NCBI RefSeq assembly: GCF_009914755.1
Contig: NC_060925.1
Direction: 5' to 3' (one strand)
DNA length: 64,000 nt
Source: the human T2T-CHM13v2.0 reference genome, Homo sapiens
The notes below the pieces were generated by a model that saw only the letters and a program-made list of their open reading frames with translations, was not told the origin of the DNA and ran no database searches. Positions 11,961 to 26,210 of the stretch are shown one piece after another. Every line of letters begins with the position of its first letter. Position 1 is the stretch's first letter. A program made the position numbers and the translations under genes.

Positions 11961-12753
11961 ACAGCAGCATGGAGTGGCCCCACAAGCTGTACCCTCTTCC
12001 CCGTCCGTAAGAGACGCAGGGGTGGTTCTGACTCCCTCCCAGCCCCGCCTCTCCCCACCACTGCCCCCACTCTGCTCCCGAGGTGCCTTGTGGGTCTCTG
12101 CTGTTTCATGAAGCCCCTGCCCTCCATCTGCACAGGGACCGGGCTGCCAGCCCCCACTGTACACATGAGGACCCTTAGCTGGGGAGAACCAGGCCTGCTG
12201 GGGGTGGGGCAGTGGGGGCTGCCTCCTGAGCAAGGCCCTGACTCTGAAGCTGCCACCCCCCGAGTCACCATTCTGGAGCTCATGTCCTCATGTCCTGCAA
12301 TGGCTCAGGGAAGGCAGTCTTGCCTGCTGCTTGGATGAAACCCCTCAGGCTGGTCTTTGCCCCAGTCCTCTCCCTGTCTCACTGCAGACCTTTCGGGGAT
12401 GGGCGTAGAGTCCTGCAGGGGGCAGGGGTTGGCTACTGAGTCCAGACTTCATTCTTGGGCCAAGCTGGTCCCAGCTTCACCAAGAGGACCCCAGGCAGCC
12501 CCTCTGGACCTCAGACCTTTGTCGGCAAGGCCTTTCTCACAGCAGCCCTCACCTTGGCCTTCCCCAGCCGTTAGTATCAAGTGCAACTCCCCAACAGACA
12601 TTTGAGGCCCGCCCTGGCCTTGCTCTGTCTCCTGATCCTGCGCCCCTACCTACCTACCTACGGCACCAAAGCTCCCTCTGTCCATCCTGGGACCTGGACC
12701 CACCAGGAAACCCATGGGTATGCTATCCTACCTCTGCATCAAACGGCCCTTGA

Positions 12754-13082
12754 GGCCAGATGCAGTGGTTCACGCTTGTAATCCTAGCAGTTTGGGAGGC
12801 TGAGATGGGCAGATCACCTGAGGTCAGGAGTTCGAGACCAGCCTGACTAACATGGTGAAAACCTGTCTGTACTAAAAATACAAAAAAAAAATTAGCCAGG
12901 CGTGGCAGCGGGCACCTGTAATCCCAGCTACTTGGAGGCTGAGGCAGGAGACTCGCTTGAACCCAGGAGGCAGAGGTTGCAGTGAGCTGAGATTGTGCCA
13001 TTGCACATCCAGCCTGGGCAACAAGAGCAAAACTCTGTCTCAAAAATAAATAAATAAATAAAGTAAAACAAAAACAAAAAAA
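12754..13082 (+). mobile_element. full-length AluS-like element
   Basis: Dimeric Alu consensus with A-rich linker and tail. Confidence 0.95.
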
Positions 13083-13149
13083 TGGGCCTTGGGCAAGGGG
13101 AGTAAACTCTTCTGCACTGTAGCAGCTAGGCCCTGGGCCCTGCAGTTGC

Positions 13150-13300
13150 CGGATGTGGGTTCAAGTCCCACCAGGCTGCCCTGACTCTAGGCAGGTCTTT
13201 ACACCTCTCTGAACCTCGGTTTCCAAATCTGGAAAATGGGGACGATGATCAAGCCCATCTCAAAGGATTGGGTCTGAGGACTCAACCACCTGATGCCTGG
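13150..13300. mobile_element. MIR fragment
   Basis: gggttcaagtccc...ctctgaacctcggtttccaaatctggaaaatgggga. Confidence 0.65.
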
Positions 13301-13343
13301 AGTATGAGCAGCCCCAGGGCTGTCCCAGAGACAGGCCCCTCTA

Positions 13344-14156
<813 letters not shown>

Positions 14157-14192
14157 TTAGAACCCCAAGAACCCCAGAACTTCACATGCTCA

Positions 14193-14658
<466 letters not shown>

Positions 14659-14833
14659 CTGTGGGGGGGTGGCAGTGGGCACTCAGTGACTTCCTCTCTG
14701 GCGACAGCGTTGTAGCCCTTAGGTACTTGGGATGGGAGATGGCGAGCGCTACACTTTGAATGTCCCCTGCAAAACTCATGTTGAAATTTAATTAAAACGT
14801 GTTGAGATTTAATTGCCATTCTAATACTATTAA

Positions 14834-15738
<905 letters not shown>

Positions 15739-16010
15739 ATGAAACATTTAAGAGGTGATTAGGCCATGGGTGGGTTTAATGTCTTTACAAAAGGGCTTCC
15801 AGGAGTGAGTTCTCTCTCAAGGAGCTTTCCCTCTTCTGCCATGTGAGCAACAGTGCTGTTCCCCTCCAGAGGACGCAGCATTCAAGGCACCATCTTTGAA
15901 GCACAGACCAGGCCTTGCCAGACACCAAACCTGCCAGCACCTTGATTTTGGATTTCTCAGCTTTTCTTTTTTGAAAAAAAAAATTTATATATGTGTGTAT
16001 TTTTTAAATC

Positions 16011-16444
16011 TTTCTTTTCTTTTTTTTTTTTTTAGACAGAGTCTTGCTCTGTCGCCCAGGCTGGAGTGCAGTGGCACCACCTCAGCTCCTGCAACCTCCA
16101 CCTCCCGGGTTCAAGCCATTCTTGTGCCTCAGCCCCGAGTGGCTGGGACTACATGCATACACCACCATGCTCGGCTAATTTTTTTGTATTTTTAGTAGTA
16201 ACAGGGTTTAACCATGTTGGCCAGGCTGGTCCTAAACTCCTGACCTCAAGTGACCTGCCCACTTCAGCCTCCCAAAGTGCTGGGATTACAGGCATGAGCC
16301 GCCGTGCCTGGCCTTATTTTTATATTTTAGAGACAGAGTCTCACTATGTTGCCTGGGCTGGTCTCGAACTCCTGAGCTCAAGTGATCCTCCCATCTAAAC
16401 CTCCTGAGTAGCTGGGATTACAGGGCAAGTGCTCCCACACCCGG
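16011..16444 (-). mobile_element. Alu plus adjacent Alu monomer
   Basis: Reverse Alu consensus at 16011-16312 and a partial element at 16315-16444. Confidence 0.88.
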
Positions 16445-17789
16445 CGAGACATAAATCTGTTCTTCATGAGTTACTGCGTCTTAAGTACTGTGTTACAACA
16501 GCACAAATGCCCTAAGGCGGGGAAGGCCCTGGCGCACCATGACCTATCTGGCCCTGGCTTACATCAGGCTGCACTCTCCTCTCCACGCCCCGGGAGGACC
16601 CTCCTGCCCATGTCCCTGACACCCAGGGGCTGTATACGGGGTGCCCAATAAGTGCGTATTCCCTCACTTCCGTCCACTCCTGGTCAAAGCTCAATATCTG
16701 GGCTCCCTTCCAGGTTACCTGCATCCTCAGGGAACCATCCAAGGTGGGCCCAGATGGGCACTCTTGCCCCGTGCATGACCTGGCACCATCCCAGAACAAG
16801 TCCTCTTGCCATCAAATGTTCCAGAATCCTCACACAGCCCATGCCAGAGCCCCCCACAGTGGACATCTCTGACGTACTTGCCTTAATTTATTTTACTTCA
16901 TCAGGCCACGTAAGGACATGTCCCGGAAGACCACACCCCCTGAACCTCCATTTCCCTCTCCTGTTCCCCAAGTGACCTGTTGGGGAACGGAGATGGTCAC
17001 CACCTTCCTGACCACCCTGAGAGGGGGCAGGCAGTCTGCTATGTCAGCCCCCAGCTGGTCTTCCAGAGCCAGGACCCCGCGCTGAGGTTAAAGCCCCCAC
17101 ACAGCAGCGGTGTGGCTGGGGCAAGGTCCCTGCACCTTCTCCTCTAAGAGACTGCCATGCTTCTTCCGCGGGGAGGCTGAGGTGGACAGGAGCCACATCT
17201 CTATAGCCCTGGGCCCAGGTCTGGCACACACTGGGTGCTCTGGGGTAGTGGCCAGTCTCATGCTCTGGTTGGCTTGGGCAGCAAGGGCCTGGAGACGGCC
17301 AGTAGACCAGACCAGAGCTTGACTCTGAAGTCAGAGGAAGTGCCGATGGCCTTTCCATGTGAGTCAGGGACATAGGATGCTGGGCAGCAGGCATGTGGCG
17401 GGGAGCGGGGAAGCACCCATCCTGCCAGAGGGCTGGGCAGCGAGTCCTTCCCTCACCCTTCCCAGCCTGGCAGCCCTCTGGCTGCAGCCCAGGCAGGCAG
17501 TGTGGGAGAAGCCCAGTACCAAGTGAAGGCCTACTTGTGCTCTGCTCACACTTAACTGGCCCTTCTTACCCAGGGGCCATTTAGCCTCATTTGCTCTCTT
17601 TCTCATGCCCCGGTCCTTATGGGCATCTATAGTACCAGATACGCCCCATGTCCCCCAGAGAGGAAGTATCTCCAGCTCAAGGTGGGGGGCCACTGCCGCC
17701 TTAGCCAAGGCCCCTGGCTCTCGGGCAGGGAAGGCAGCGATGCCCCAGCCAGCAGCTGGCAAGCCTCCTGCTTGTCTTGTCCAGAGTTC

Positions 17790-18100
<311 letters not shown>

Positions 18101-18420
18101 TGAGCTTGGAGGTGCCGGGGAGCCTCAGACCTGTGGGCAGATACATATTCACTGGGACCAGGACCTGGGGCAGACTAGCCTCAGGAGTGAGGGGAGCACT
18201 GGGCCACCTCCAGCCTTTGGGGTGCCTGGCAGCCTTTTGGGGGTTCAGAGCAGACAGAGTGTGAGTAAGCGCTGTGAGCAAGAGGGCTGCAGACACCAGT
18301 GGTCTTTACGCTCTCAAATAGGAAAGTGGACTCAGCATGCACCTAGCAGGTCAGCATCTATTTCTACCTGCCCAAGGCAGCCTCGGCTGTGAGACTGGGA
18401 GGCCTTCCCTCAGATGCCCA

Positions 18421-18466
18421 ACAAGCTCTGTCTAGCCCCGTGAACAAGCTCTGTCTAGCCCCGTGA
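18421..18466. repeat. perfect 23-bp tandem duplication
   Basis: acaagctctgtctagccccgtga x2. Confidence 0.9.
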
Positions 18467-18622
18467 CCTTGGCCCCGCCCACCCTGTCCATGTGTTGATT
18501 ACTGGTGCAGGGTGGTAAGGAAAGAGCCACAGGCTGCAACCAGCCCAGCCCTTCGCGGTGCCAGTTCTTCCTCTCGTCTAGCCTAATGCTGCATTACTGC
18601 TGGGAAAGGCTTTAGGTCTGAA

Positions 18623-18916
18623 GGCAGGGTGCAGTGGCTCATGCCTGTAATCCTAGCACTCGGGGAGGCCAAGGTGAGTGGATGGCTTGAGCCCGGGAGT
18701 TCGAGACCAGCTTGGGCAACATGGGGAAAACCCATCTGTACAACAAATAAAAAAATTGGCCAGGCGTAGTGGTGTGAGCCTATAGTCCCAGCTACTTGGA
18801 AGGCTGAGGTGTGAGGATCACCTGAGCCTGGGGAGGTCAAGGATACAGTGAGCCATGATTGTGCCACTGCACTCTAGCCTGAGCAACAGAGTGAGACCCT
18901 GTCTTAAAAAGAAAAA
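18623..18916 (+). mobile_element. AluJ-like element
   Basis: Dimeric Alu with ggcttgagccc and gatcacctgagcct J-type features. Confidence 0.92.
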
Positions 18917-19539
18917 GGCTCTAGGTCTGTGGGCAGGGGCACGTGCATCCTCTTGCACACGGGCATGCTCCTCCAGTGAGTGCCCCCACAATTCATCCCC
19001 ATTGTAAAGTTTGTCCAGCAGAAGCAGGGAGAGGTAAAGCTGTTTGCCCGGCCAGCACTTGCCTGAGCCAGGATCCAAACTCCACTTGCCTGACACCAAA
19101 GTCCTGGCCTCTCAAACCCTAAAATGTTGGGGAAAAGGGCATTTTTTTTTTTTTTGTCCCTAGAGCTGAGGTCTTTCTGAGCCTCAGGTCTGCAGGGCAG
19201 GTCTCACCGTCCCCACACTGCAGATGGGAACACTTCAGGCAGAAGCTCAGGGCAACACGGAGAGAATAGTGTCAGGGCTGGGTTTGGGGCCAGGCACTCC
19301 TGGGCACTGTAGTCTTGGCATGGGAGAGGAACGTCCTGGGGGACAGGGCGTGGACACCGGGTTCCAAGTGCAGAGTGACAGAGGACTGGTTGTGTGGGAA
19401 CAAAGTGTCCCTCTGGCTCTGGGTCAGTGACCACAGATCCACGGATTGCACCCTTTCTGTTCATTCTTCATAGAATGGAGCGGCCACTAGGGCCAGACCC
19501 CAGGCTGGGCTCCCCACAGTGCCGACGGGACCCAGTCTC

Positions 19540-19617
19540 CTGCTGGGAAGTGTCTCCTGCAGGGCACTTAAAGCCCTGTCTTCTGCTGGGAAGTTTCTCC
19601 TGCAGGGCACTTAAAGC
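19540..19617. repeat. 43-bp-period direct duplication
   Basis: ctgctgggaagt(g/t)tctcctgcagggcacttaaagc x2. Confidence 0.85.
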
Positions 19618-19699
19618 ATTCCGCAGCATCTCAGGACCCGGCTTCCCACTTCCCCGCCCACTGCAGGGCCAACTGCAGGTGCAACTAGCCTGGGACCCA

Positions 19700-21050
19700 C
19701 CCGGGCCATGAGGCCTCCCTCCGCAAGACATGCGGGCGGGGCCGGGGCGTGACGTCACAGCTCCGGGCCAATGAGGCCGCGCGGCCCCGAGGCCCCATTG
19801 CGCAACAAAGAGAACCCAGAACTTGAAAGGATTCCCCGGGCTCTGGCTGCGCCCCGGCTTCCGCCCCCACGCCGGTCTCCGCCCGCGCTGCAGCCGATGT
19901 GTTCCACGGGGCCCGGCCTGGCCGTCGCCCAGGGAGGGACGCGCAGCGCGAGGCCTGGACATCTCCGGCACGCCCCCCCCAGCCCCCGCCCCTACAGTCC
20001 CAACCCCCTGGGGCTCCGATCCCCCCCCCCCCCCGCAATCCCCGCTCCGACTCGCGTGCTCTCGCCTGCTGGTCCCCAGTGGGTGCCCCGAGTCCTGCCC
20101 CACCCCGAGGGCGCGTCCGAGCGACAGGCTGGGAAACCTGGCGGGACTGCGGCCCCCGGACCCCTCTGGGTTGCGCCGAGCAGGGGCGGGCTCAGGATCC
20201 CCAGACCGCGCCCCGCCCCCGTCCCCTGAGAAGCCCAGGGGGCGGCGCTGCTAGGCCCCGATGCAGGGGGACGGAGGGAGGGGCTGGCCCCAGGGAAGTT
20301 ACCCCGAAGGTCCCCAAGTTGGGGGGGTGCCAGCGCTAAGCGCCGCTCGTGGGCCCTCGGACGGACCCCGCGACCGATAGGGCGCGGAAAGCCCCCTCCC
20401 TTCCCGCCGAGTCCTCCCGCCGGGGTCCTCCCGTCCGTCCGCCCTCGGGCCAGGGCGGCGACGCTCACCCTGCATTCGAGCGCCCGGGGCTCCGGCTCGC
20501 TGCTCCCGCCTCCGGCTCCGGCTGCGGTTCCCGCGCCCCCGGGCCGAGCGCAGGCCGCCGAGGGCCGCGGGGGTGGCTGGCGGCGGAGCGGCCCGCGGGC
20601 CGGGGCATGCTGGCGGCGGCCACCGGCGGCCGGCGCGCTCCGCTAGGTGGGCTCGGCCCCGCCGCCCCTCCCTCCCCTAGGCGCCGCCGCCGCCGCCGCG
20701 CTTCGCTCAGCTCCCGCCGCTCCGCTGCTGCGCCGGGCGGCCGGGGGCGGGGGGCGGAGCAGGGCGCATGTCTCCGCCGGGGCCTCCGCACCGCCCCTCG
20801 GCCCGCCCCGCCCCCGCCCGCTCAGAGGCGCGGCCGTCTGTCGGTCTGTCAGCCCGTCCGTCCTTCCGTCAGTCCGTCCGTACGCAGCCCACCCGTGTCC
20901 CCGCGTCCGCCCGCGGCCGGCCCGAGCCTCCCTGGGCTGGTGGCGCCTCCTGACAGCGCCGCGCCCCTGGCTCCCAGCTCGGCTCGGTGCACACTCCGGA
21001 CGCCGCCTTCGGACGCCGGGGCAAGACCCAGGCCCGGAGCTCTGGGGGCC
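19700..21050. promoter_or_regulatory. GPR153: CpG island promoter of GPR153
   Basis: Extreme CpG density, many GC boxes, no evident TATA box. Confidence 0.85.
20469..20745 (-). other. GPR153: GPR153 non-coding exon 1 (5' end approximate)
   Basis: Strong donor AGG|GTGAGC within a CpG island; GCG-repeat leader. Confidence 0.7.
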
Positions 21051-23932
21051 CGGGGGCCAGAGGGAGCTGGGGCAGGAATGGACACTGAGAACCTGGGGCC
21101 AGGGCTGGGGCTCAGGGAGACCTTCCTGGAGGAAGCCGCATCTAAGATGAACAATCGGGGCGGGGCGTGGAGAGGACAAGGGACGCATGGCCAGCGGCTT
21201 CTAGGAACCGGGAATCCAGTCTGAAGCAGGGGCAGCGAGGGGCAAGGTTGGGCCAGTTACGGATTCACGCTGCTCCCCGGGCCTGGGGGGTCCACTGAGG
21301 GAATAAAGTGCACGGGCCACCGGGCTGCCGAGTGGTCCCCGCCACCCCCACAGGCTCAGAAATTGTTCTCTCTGAAACTCTGAGCACCACCGCCCAGCCG
21401 GGAGAGGCCAGGGTCTGCAGCCCAGCGCCTGAAGCCTTCTCCTACTCCCCTCCTCCCCTCCTCCCATTCTTCCCGCCCCTCCGCCCCTCCCTCCCAAGCC
21501 CTCATGCTATCACCACTCCTCATAGAGCACAGGCTGTCACCCACAGACTGACAGCCTCAGCTGGCCCCATGCAGGCGGAAAGCCTCCTGCTTCTTGATGG
21601 GGGCCCTGGAGAGGACGCCTCCTGAGGATCGTGCCTGTCTTTTCTAGAAAGCACCTGACCACACACACAATGGGCACAAGGCCTCTGGGGCTGCCTGGCA
21701 TAGTGTCCTTCCGTGCCTCTGGGACACATCCATGACTAGGCACCCCTGTGTCTGGAGGAAACTAGGCACCCGACCAGGAGGAGACCCAAACCAATTGCAG
21801 CCAAAACGGATGCTTGGAGCTTGCCCAGTCCGGGCAGGGCTGCTCCACAGCCTGCACCTGCCTAAACCGTCCCCACACCCCAGGTCCCTGAGCAGCTTTT
21901 AGGGGGCCCAGGATGGGTCTTAGGGTCCGTCCCATGAGACAAAAAGAGGAGTGTCTGTAGAGAAAGGCCCCGCAATAACGTGTGGGGCTGAGCAAGGGGG
22001 AATCTGGGGCCATGCACACCTATACTCCCTGTGGTTTCTCGGGCAGCCAGGGCCCTCAGTGTCCCCAGTGAGCCCTCTGTGGACAGGTTGGCTCCCCCTC
22101 CAGGTGGTCCTGGTTATAAATAGGCCACCAGCAGTGGGAGGCTGGCACAGGGCAGCTGTAATCAAGGGTGGTGTTTCTAAGTGTCTCGCCTGTGACTCGG
22201 GGTGAAACGGTAGAAACGCCACACTTAATTACATGGCCACCGAGAGCCATGCCGCTTAGAAACACCACGGTTAAGATTGCACACACAGCCATGGAGAGCC
22301 ATGCCTCTGTCTGGGCCTGGCTCCCCTCTGCCAGCCCAGCTGACCCACTGCCTGGACCAGTGCCTCTGCCCGGCCTCAGCTGGCTCTAGGGCAGGTGGGA
22401 GATGGCCTCTGATGGCCGCCCCGGGGCCCTGGCTTATTTCGTGCTGTGCTGGGTTCTGCTGCAAAGTGCCCGGTGCCCCTGGGAGGCGGTTTTCAGGTGC
22501 CTGGTTTGCCCAAAGCCACACGGATGAGTGGCTGAGCCAGGACTGAACTAGGGAGTCTGATGCGGGGCCCAACTTCAAGTGAAGGGTGTGGGTGCTTTGG
22601 GGAACTGGTCCCCTCAGTGAGCCCCTGGGCTCAGGCACTGCTGTGGCCAGCCCTGGGCCTTCTGCTAGCTGGGAAGGGTGGCCTCCTCATTGCTCTGAAC
22701 CCAGGGCACCATTCTGGCATGGGTCATGGGTGGAGCTGGGGGCCGAGGCTGGCTGAGGCCAGCCCCGGGGGGCCAAGGGGCATGGTGGCGTGGCAGAAGC
22801 TTCATGTGGCTGAGCTTGTCCCTCCCACCTCCAACCCCCTCCCAGACAGGAAATAACCCCGTCAGCCGTGACTGGGGCCCGGGACAGATTCCCAAGCTCT
22901 TGGCTGGTGTTTCTGCACATCTGGAGCCGAGTCCTCGCTCTCCAGGGGCCAGAGGGAGCCTTGTGCGAGGCCGCAGCTGTTGACGGGCCAGTCTTCTCCA
23001 GGCGGCAGGACAGATGTTGGGGCTTCAGGGACAGACTGAATTGGGAACATTCTCCCAGATGCCACTTCTGGGTGTGCTTGATTGGAGGGCCTCCTTTTCA
23101 GCCATGGATGCAGGTGGGGTCCTGGTCCCTGTAGTGGCCTTGGCTGGGCCAGATGCACAGATCAACCCTGCTACACCGATACCCTCACCACACACGTGCT
23201 CACAGATATGCAGACAGATGCACACGCACATGCACAGATATGTCAGTGACACGTATGCCCACAGCTTCACACCAACGGCACTGACACACATTCGTGCTGT
23301 CCCTCAGACCCCTGCCCTATAAGCCATCCCAGCAGACTCCTGCCTGAGTGGCTGGGGGAGTTTCCACGTCAGGCACAGAGTCCTGGCGCCAGCTGGGGGG
23401 CTCCTTCAGACAGGATTTTGGGGTGTCTAGGCAGTTTCTAGCAAGAGGCTGGGTCAGGGTGGGGCTCCCACACGCTGAGCCAGGCCACATTTGGCTCTTC
23501 CCACACCATCACCTCGCTGAGTCTTTCCCAGCAGCCCCACCCTGTTCATAGGAAAGCCACACAGGCTCAGAGCCGGCATCCTCTGCAAGCCAGACAGGGG
23601 GGTTGTGGGGTGCTGGCACTCCCACCAGGCAGCGTGGCCCTGAGCCCACATCCTCCCAGCATCTGGGCTGCCTATGAGGTCCAGGGAGCCAGGGTGTCTG
23701 GGGCCAGGACACCAAACCAGGGACCCACGGGAAATGGGCATTCATAGCCAGCAAGTCACCAGCCGGACACCAATCGGTGTGGCTGTGCCTGAGGTTCTAG
23801 GGTACATGCAGGTGCTGGTGCTGGGAGGGCTGAGACTGTCCACGGGAGCCCCAATGTCCCACACCCCCTGGGAAAGCAGCCCCCCCAAGACAAATGACCA
23901 CCCAGGACACGTGGGTCCAGCCAAGCAGCAGC

Positions 23933-23938
23933 TTTATT
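23933..23938 (-). terminator. ACOT7: ACOT7 polyadenylation signal
   Basis: TTTATT on + (AATAAA on -), about 300 nt after the ACOT7 stop. Confidence 0.85.
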
Positions 23939-24240
23939 AGTGGTGCTGGGTTCTTCCCATACCCTACAGCGTGCTCGGAAGCATTCCCGAGGGTTTCTGC
24001 CCAACGCCTCCCGGCGCTCGGGACAACACTGTGTAGCATTGATACTGGAATGATATAAATAAAGCTTTGGTGTGTAGGTTTGCAGGAGAGAGTACAGGTT
24101 AACACTGTGATACGAAAACTTCAGACAACACCAGCTCTCAATGTGAATTGGGTTTTTGGCCAAGGGGGGAACTTCTAAGTGACTGGACACTGGGCCCGTT
24201 GCCATGGCTACTCGAGGCACCAGTGGCAGGAGGAGGGAGT

Positions 24241-24339
24241 CTAGGGCTGAGGCTCCGCGTGGCCCTGTCGCTTCGCCTTCATCTGCAGGTACCGCCCTTT
24301 GCCTTCCTCAAAGCGCTTCTTCTCGTCCTCGGTCTCGGG
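24241..24339 (-). CDS. ACOT7: ACOT7 terminal coding exon
   Basis: gtccacag| acceptor, phase 0; PETEDEKKRFEEGKGRYLQMKAKRQGHAEPQP-TAG. Confidence 0.95.
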   Translation of the reverse strand, partial: PETEDEKKRFEEGKGRYLQMKAKRQGHAEPQP

Positions 24340-24827
24340 CTGTGGACCACACACAGAGACAGGCAGGTTAGGGTCACTGCAGAACCAGTGCCGTGGCCTT
24401 GTGACCTGGCCTGGGGCCCTGCCCCCCACCCGTGGGATCTGCCCCACCCCTGGTGCATGCTGAGTACCACGCCTCGGCCCCGCTGGCCTCCTGGGACTGC
24501 CGGGTAGCCCAGGCATGGGGCTCATGTCCCACCTCGCTGATGGGCCTATTGACTGGGCTGGGTATGTTCAGCCAAGATGCTTTGAGGGGCCGCAGGAGCC
24601 ACAGGTGGCAGAGCTCCATAGAGGAGACACTAAGGGCATGGCGGGTCAGAAGCAGTCAGTGAAGTGCCGAGCCCTGTGACATCCTCTCACCACCTTTCAC
24701 AGCAGGTGACCTCCAAGCCCAGGGCCTGTTTGCTACTGGACTTCGGTGGAAAATGCACTTGATAATGAAACATGGGAGCTGAACGGAAGTGGAAAGGAAG
24801 AGGGACCCTGCATTCGCTGCACTCCCA

Positions 24828-24992
24828 GGAAAGCTGCACACAGTCACCACCCCGCAGAGAAGTGGGGAAAGCCAGCTGCACACGGTCACTGCCCCAGAGA
24901 GACGTGGGGAAAGCCAGCTGCACACGGTCACCGCCCCGGAGAGAAGTGGGGAAAGCCAGCTGCACACGGCCATTGCCCCAGCGAGAAGTGGG
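24828..24992. repeat. 42-bp minisatellite, about 4 copies
   Basis: agctgcacac recurs at 24832, 24874, 24916 and 24958. Confidence 0.93.
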
Positions 24993-26061
24993 CAGATGCT
25001 GTGCTGCCTATGGCCTTGAGAAGGCCCCGCCCCGTACTGGGAGCAATAGGCCTGCTTTGTTGGGAGGGAGCCCTGTCACCACGCTCTGGACCGTACACTC
25101 AGGAGGCGGCACCTTGGACCCCAGGGACCCCATCTCATTGGTCTGGGGGCAGAGCCAACTGAACAGGTGGGATTTGGCCCAAGACGGGGTTCTGCCCAGG
25201 ACGGTCCTGGTTCATGCCTGTCGACGGGCTGCGATTATGAACGGCACCCCCTTTCACTCTGTCTTGTGGCCCCTGGGCAGGTGCCACCCCTGGAGTATTA
25301 GGTGGTCACTTCTGATGTCCCATCTGTCCCAACGCCATGTTCTGACTGGCCCCACCCTGGCTGGGAATTCAGGTTTAATGAGCTGTGCTAATTCCTCTGG
25401 GACATTTCATCGCAACATTTTGAGGGTGTCTGAAAGCCAAAGAGATGGGGCAGTTGCCCTTCATTTCATCCACAATGACACCAAACTGTACAGCTATTTT
25501 TGGGCCTAAGTGTTTCATAGACAAATGGTATATTGGCAAGAGAGAGCGCAGTCAGCCAGAGGATGTAATGTCAAGTTATACCAAATGCCTCCTCCCCTCA
25601 GCTCTCTCCAAAATCAGTCTCTAAATGTCACCAGGTGTAAACTGTCAAAACCTCGCCGGCCTGGAGCCAATGGAATCTTCGGGTATTTAAAGAAATAGGT
25701 GGCGCTCCTTGCAGCGGTCCTGGTCCCCCTTTGAAGAGTCTTCGGTGTACACAGGAAAACTGCTTTTCCAAGACACTTTATTGAAGAAGTCCCTCCCGCT
25801 GCTACGGTTTGATCTCTGGCTGACTTTTAAAAATAAAATTTGAGGCTATGCAATTTGACCTGAAACAGTCCAGGGAAAATGAAATGTTCTTTCTCAGTTC
25901 CAGCAGCACTTCTCAGTGGGCAAGACCCCTGAGCTTCCTGGGCTTGGAGGGCACAGAGCGCAGCCCCTGCAGATGACAAGCTCCCCTGAAGACATACATG
26001 GCTACATCCTGCTGGGCACAGCTGAAGACCTCTGTGCACACTGAGGCAGAATGTGCTAGAT

Positions 26062-26210
26062 CAGGGCTTCTTGAACTTTTAAGTGCATCTGAGTCATCTG
26101 CCAGTCTTGTAAATGCAGATTCTGATCCAGTGGGTCTGGGAGCTGAGACTCACTTCTAACAGGATCCCAGGTGACACAACGCTGTGGCCCGCGGACCACA
26201 TCTGTGTAGC
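26062..26210. mobile_element. MER5-like hAT DNA transposon relic
   Basis: cagggcttcttgaactt...aaatgcagattctgatccagtgggtctggga...ttctaacaggatcccaggtga. Confidence 0.65.

Noticed and set aside
19468-21224. Multiple overlapping 100-290-aa ORFs in the GPR153 CpG island
   Set aside because: GC-composition artefact; only the spliced uORF from 20608 was retained
24746-25509. 245-aa ORF with 14-aa repeats
   Set aside because: The periodicity simply reflects the 42-bp minisatellite, which is open in several frames
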